A stretch of DNA of 32,091 nucleotides, taken from positions 1 through 32,091 of the IMG/VR virus record IMGVR_UViG_2609459797_000004. One strand, given 5' to 3'. Position numbers and translations under genes: made by a program. The notes beneath the pieces were generated by a model that saw only the letters and a list, made by a program, of their open reading frames with translations, made no database searches and was not told where the DNA came from. The DNA is from a virus (taxonomy: Duplodnaviria; Heunggongvirae; Uroviricota; Caudoviricetes). This document shows positions 28,165-32,091 of the stretch, in pieces; position 1 is the stretch's first letter, and each line of letters opens with the position of its first letter.

Positions 28165-29072
28165 GCAATATCGTTGAATTCGTTAAACAGCAAGAGCAGT
28201 TATTCTGCGGAGCATTGACTGAACAGACGGTGACATGGGCTAAGGAAAGCCAGTTTGCAATTCAGTATTTCCAGAAAAATGATTACCTGGCTAAAACAGC
28301 ACTGGCAAATCCAACCAGCGCACAGAACGCCATCATCAATGTTGCGGCGATCGGTATCACCTTAAACCCGGCTAGCAAACTGGCTTATCTGGTTCCGCGC
28401 GACGGCATGGTGTGCCTTGATATCAGTTATATGGGATTGCTCCATATTGCAATGGAGTCTGGTGTTATCTCATGGGGTCAGGCAAAACTTGTTCATGCTA
28501 ACGATACCTATGAGTCAAACGGGCTTGATAAAGCACCAACCCATAAATACAACGCCTTCGGTGATCGTGGTGATATTGTTGGCGTTTACTGCACAGTTAA
28601 GACGCCAGCAGGTGATTATCTAACGGAAGAGATGAGTCTGGCTGAAATTGAGGCTGTAAGGAAAACAAGCAAGGCAGCATTCAGCGATAAAGGACCATGG
28701 GTAAATCACTGGAATGAGATGGCGCGAAAGACGGTCGTAAAGCGTGCAAGCAAGTATTGGCCTAAGGCATCACGTCTTGATAGTGCTATTCACGTACTAA
28801 ACGAAGAAGAAGGTGTGTGGACTGAACCAGTTATGCCGCACAAATCAGAGGAAGATATCCGCGAAGATGAACGGAAACGACAGCAGGAAATTATGGAAAA
28901 AGCACAACTTCTTTGTGATGAAATGGCTCAGGCTGAAAACATGGATGATTTGAAGCGATATTTTGCAGAAGCATATCGCCTGACATCTGGAATGAAATTG
29001 CAGCAGAACGTACAAGCCATTTACATAGAATGCAAAGCGAAACTGGAGGTTGCCAGTGAGCAAACTGTATGA
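28161..29072 (+). CDS. recT: RecT-family single-strand annealing recombinase (303 aa)
   Basis: GPWVNHWNEMARKTVVKRASKYWP parallels E. coli RecT GPWVTHWEEMAKKTAIRRLFKYLP. Confidence 0.85.
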   Translation: MSNIVEFVKQQEQLFCGALTEQTVTWAKESQFAIQYFQKNDYLAKTALANPTSAQNAIINVAAIGITLNPASKLAYLVPRDGMVCLDISYMGLLHIAMESGVISWGQAKLVHANDTYESNGLDKAPTHKYNAFGDRGDIVGVYCTVKTPAGDYLTEEMSLAEIEAVRKTSKAAFSDKGPWVNHWNEMARKTVVKRASKYWPKASRLDSAIHVLNEEEGVWTEPVMPHKSEEDIREDERKRQQEIMEKAQLLCDEMAQAENMDDLKRYFAEAYRLTSGMKLQQNVQAIYIECKAKLEVASEQTV

Positions 29073-29538
29073 AATTGCCAATGAATACGCAAAATTGATG
29101 GATTCAGATTTAGAACCAGAGATGATTGCTGACACAATAGAAGGCATGGAAGGAGAATTTACCGATAAAATAGAGCAACTTCTTTCCGTCATTAAAAATG
29201 AATCTGGTTATGCTGAACGCCTCAAGGAAGAGGCAAAGTCACTGAATGAGCGAGCCGCAGTAATTCAAAATAAGATTGACAGCATCAAATCATATATAGC
29301 GTCATCGCTTGAAATGGTTGGCAAGAAAAATATTCGAGCAGGTATTCACCAGGTAACAATCCGCAAACCGTCAGAAATTGTAGAAATCATCGACTCAAGC
29401 GCCCTTCCTCCTGAATACGTTGAGTTCGAAACGACAATTAAAGCCGACAAACTGGCAATCAAACACCAACTAAAAGCAGGAATAAATATCCCCGGTGCTC
29501 AACTCAAAGTTGGGAAACCTTCACTTCTTATCAAATAA
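29056..29538 (+). CDS. Coiled-coil recombination-module protein, possibly Gp157-like (about 160 aa)
   Basis: GTG start 6 nt after a GGAGG ribosome-binding site; overlaps the recT 3' end. Family assignment from memory only. Confidence 0.45.
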   Translation: MSKLYEIANEYAKLMDSDLEPEMIADTIEGMEGEFTDKIEQLLSVIKNESGYAERLKEEAKSLNERAAVIQNKIDSIKSYIASSLEMVGKKNIRAGIHQVTIRKPSEIVEIIDSSALPPEYVEFETTIKADKLAIKHQLKAGINIPGAQLKVGKPSLLIK

Positions 29539-29549
29539 CGGTATCGCCT

Positions 29550-29864
29550 ATGAAAAAGACTCCATGGGAGAAATGGGAAGTCGATTTCTTGCGCGAAGTA
29601 GCGGCGACAATGCCAGTTGAAGTTATCGCTGAAAAACTGGAAAGGACTGAAAAAGCAGTTATGGCGAAAGCAACAAGGATTGGCGCTGACATTGTTAGCC
29701 GACTTCGTGGAAGACGCTGGACAAGAGCTGAAGTATCACTTTTCGGTAAGTTCTCCGCAGAAGAAATAGCAATTGCAACCTGCCGCTCAATTTATTCAGT
29801 AAGAGCTATGCGATACAAGCTAAAAAAACTTGATGAAGAAAGAGCAGGCATACGAATAAATTAA
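29550..29864 (+). CDS. Hypothetical protein with two similar internal repeats (104 aa)
   Basis: Two repeats of W(T)..EV..L...a.EEIA.....R(S/T)..AV, suggesting tandem helix-turn-helix-like units. Confidence 0.4.
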   Translation: MKKTPWEKWEVDFLREVAATMPVEVIAEKLERTEKAVMAKATRIGADIVSRLRGRRWTRAEVSLFGKFSAEEIAIATCRSIYSVRAMRYKLKKLDEERAGIRIN

Positions 29865-29880
29865 CAAAGAGGAATTTACC

Positions 29881-30045
29881 ATGAGAGGACTTGCATACAA
29901 TCCCGGCATTCTTCCGGCAGAAATGATTATTCGCCAACGCGTAAAGCCAATGCCATCGAGAGAGGAATTGCTTAAGAGAAATTCTTTTCCATCAGTGAAT
30001 CAAAACAAATATCTGAATGCGATGTGGCGGAGTGGAAAAAAATGA
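29881..30045 (+). CDS. Small hypothetical ORF (54 aa)
   Basis: Not in the track; AGAGGA ribosome-binding site; stop overlaps the next ATG (ATGA). Confidence 0.3.
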   Translation: MRGLAYNPGILPAEMIIRQRVKPMPSREELLKRNSFPSVNQNKYLNAMWRSGKK

Positions 30046-30626
30046 AACAAATGACACTAATTGAGATGGATGGTTTTCTGAAAGGCAAATGCATCCCAAG
30101 TGATTTAAATGTTAACGAAACAAACGCTGAATATCTTGTCCGTAAGTTCGGTGAACTTGAATCAAAACTAGAAACGGCGTTGCGGGAGTGTCGTTCTGCT
30201 GGAATCACGATTGATAACCTTGAGGCCAAGTGCGCGGCGCTGGCTGTGGAGAATGCGTGGCTGAATAAATTTATCGTACAGAGTTGCTACGTGTTTGACG
30301 GCGAGCAGGGTGAACTATCTGATGCGTATATCTGCGCAATAGACGGAAGGATGCCGCAAACCCAAGTCACCGACGCTTTTTTGGATGAAGTGAAGACTGA
30401 AGCACGCAAGGAGGGAGCTTACTTTGTGGCGAACAGAATGCTGGCTGCCTGGGAAGCTGGTTTTATTGATGATACTGCGAAGAACGCCGCGGATATTGCC
30501 AGGATGATTATTACCTCTACTGAGTTTATGGCTAATGCGCCGGAAGGCGATTTTGACCGCTCATTCTCTGATGGCGTTCTCGAAGATATCGCCGCCCAGC
30601 TTCGCAAAGGATGTGATCAAAAATGA
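30042..30626 (+). CDS. Hypothetical protein (about 194 aa), ea-region
   Basis: ATG at 30042 coupled to the upstream stop; shares the motif TDAFLDEV with the next protein. Confidence 0.45.
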   Translation: MKQMTLIEMDGFLKGKCIPSDLNVNETNAEYLVRKFGELESKLETALRECRSAGITIDNLEAKCAALAVENAWLNKFIVQSCYVFDGEQGELSDAYICAIDGRMPQTQVTDAFLDEVKTEARKEGAYFVANRMLAAWEAGFIDDTAKNAADIARMIITSTEFMANAPEGDFDRSFSDGVLEDIAAQLRKGCDQK

Positions 30627-31240
30627 CAATCACAAAACAACGAGTAGAAGAAATCATATCGCGCATTGAAATGTATGGGCATGGTGCAGGGTATACCGTT
30701 GACGAGGTTTATGACCTTGCTGTACTGGCGTTGAATTTATCAAATATCGCAAACCTTAAGCGATACGAGCTTGATATGGATGGTTGCGACTCGTTCGGTC
30801 AGGATTGTGGCGCTGACATGACTGAAGATCCTGATGGCGATTATGTCCTGTTTGATGACGTGGTTAAGTTGTTTGAGTTTGATACAACCACCAAGAAGTT
30901 AGAAACCCCAGCCACCGACGCTTTCCTTGCTGAAGTACTGGCGCAGGTGGTGAAATCGCCATCCAATGCCGTTCAGTCAGTAATTGCAGAGCGTCAACGC
31001 CATCAATCAGCTGAGGGATGGACGCCTGAGCATGATGACCAGTACAGCAAATCGCAGTTACTGTGGGCATCCTCATGCTACGTACTGAATGCCATCCATC
31101 CATTTAACCGCATTCCATTTGACTGGCCGTGGACACCAGAATGGTGGAAGCCGACAAATCCACGCCGTGACCTGGTGAAAGCTGGCGCACTTATTCTGGC
31201 CGAAATTGAACGCATAGACCGCCAGGAGTCCGCCCAATGA
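30623..31240 (+). CDS. Hypothetical protein (205 aa), ea-region
   Basis: ATGA-coupled start; contains TDAFLAEV; acidic. Confidence 0.45.
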   Translation: MTITKQRVEEIISRIEMYGHGAGYTVDEVYDLAVLALNLSNIANLKRYELDMDGCDSFGQDCGADMTEDPDGDYVLFDDVVKLFEFDTTTKKLETPATDAFLAEVLAQVVKSPSNAVQSVIAERQRHQSAEGWTPEHDDQYSKSQLLWASSCYVLNAIHPFNRIPFDWPWTPEWWKPTNPRRDLVKAGALILAEIERIDRQESAQ

Positions 31241-31743
31241 GCAACATCAACAAACAGGCGCTGCGTGAAGCGGCGGAGAAAGCAACGTGTGGTGTGTGGT
31301 CGCTCGAATATGGAGAGGAGAGATTTGATGCTGGTGATGCGCTAATTCATCGTGAAGTTGTTGGATATCTTCCCATTTGCAGAATTGAAGGAGCGCATCC
31401 AGAAAGCGGTTTCGATGAAGATTTCCAAATGGAACAGCAGGCCAATGCTGAATTCATCACCGCAGCCAATCCGGCTACCGTCTTGGCGCTGCTGGATGAG
31501 CTGGAGAAGATGCAGGCGCAATCGTCCAAATGGTGCGAAGCCTTCCATAAAGCCGTTTCCGTTGGCGCTCGGTATGAGGAGCGGATTGCTGAACTGGAAG
31601 CACGGGAAATATCGCTCCCAGAACGTAGCAGTATGCTTCATCGAACAGATTTTCACGAGGATTACCAAACGGTAATGGCATACAAAGTTTCTGAAGTCAT
31701 CGCTGCAATCCGCGCCGCAGGCATTCGCATCAAAGGAGAGTGA
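31237..31743 (+). CDS. Ead/Ea22-like protein (168 aa)
   Basis: NAEFITAANPATVLALLDELE matches a motif remembered from Ea22-like prophage proteins; ATGA-coupled start. Confidence 0.5.
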   Translation: MSNINKQALREAAEKATCGVWSLEYGEERFDAGDALIHREVVGYLPICRIEGAHPESGFDEDFQMEQQANAEFITAANPATVLALLDELEKMQAQSSKWCEAFHKAVSVGARYEERIAELEAREISLPERSSMLHRTDFHEDYQTVMAYKVSEVIAAIRAAGIRIKGE

Positions 31744-31824
31744 TATGAGCACTGGATGATATGGGCGCAGATAGCGCATGCAGACGTAACCAATATTCGA
31801 ATTGAAGAACTGAAAGAACACCAA

Positions 31825-31846
31825 GCCGCCTGATGGCGGTTTTTTA
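31825..31846 (+). terminator. Intrinsic terminator between the ea-region and the xis-like gene
   Basis: GCCGCC-TGAT-GGCGG hairpin followed by TTTTTTATT. Confidence 0.55.
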
Positions 31847-31890
31847 TTGCCTGATTTGCAGGTTCGATTCCCTATTCGGAGATAGCACTC

Positions 31891-32091
31891 ATGCAACACG
31901 AACTACAACCTGATTCACTGGTTGATTTGAAATTCATCATGGCTGATACTGGCTTTGGTAAAACCTTCATCTATGACCGGATTAAGTCCGGAGACCTGCC
32001 AAAAGCCAAAGTTATCCACGGGCGAGCAAGATGGTTATATCGTGACCATTGTGAATTCAAAAATAAGCTCTTAAGCCGCGCCAATGGGTAA
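31891..32091 (+). CDS. AlpA/Xis-family small DNA-binding protein (excisionase-like, 66 aa)
   Basis: LKFIMADTGFGKTFIYDRIKSGDLPKAKVIHGRARW fits the AlpA/excisionase HTH pattern; GGAG ribosome-binding site; last gene before the window end, where int would be expected. Confidence 0.65.
   Translation: MQHELQPDSLVDLKFIMADTGFGKTFIYDRIKSGDLPKAKVIHGRARWLYRDHCEFKNKLLSRANG

Noticed and set aside
31861-31871. GGTTCGATTCC, resembling a tRNA T-arm, just upstream of the xis-like gene
   Set aside because: Flanking sequence does not form a T-stem, acceptor stem or anticodon arm, so no tRNA can be folded. It may be coincidental or an att-related remnant, not a tRNA gene.

Overview
Almost the whole window is one mosaic lambdoid prophage (Escherichia/Shigella type), lying in reverse orientation to the conventional lambda map. 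Bases 1..~302 are the 3' end of an IS3-family insertion sequence. The minus strand then carries a P22/Sf6-like morphogenesis module (gp16/gp20/gp7-like ejection proteins, tail needle, gp10/gp4-like, coat, scaffold, portal, TerL, TerS), a lysis cassette (holin, SAR endolysin, Rz with embedded Rz1), a Q-like gene, a nin region (ninH, rusA, ybcO-like, ninF, ninE, ninB), a DnaB-like helicase and an O-like initiator containing iterons, then cII and cro. A lambda-type immunity switch (OR, cI, OL/PL) sits at 22.8-24.7 kb, followed on the plus strand by a P22-type N gene, small early genes, a RecT module, Ea22-like genes and an AlpA/Xis-like gene at the window end. No tailspike, integrase, tRNA or CRISPR array is present. 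The most interesting locus is the rexAB-equivalent position just downstream of cI, which holds a KilA-N-domain gene plus an interrupted downstream reading frame, a candidate BstA-like defence gene that may be decayed. All homology calls are from reading the translations and from memory of reference proteins; no searches were run.
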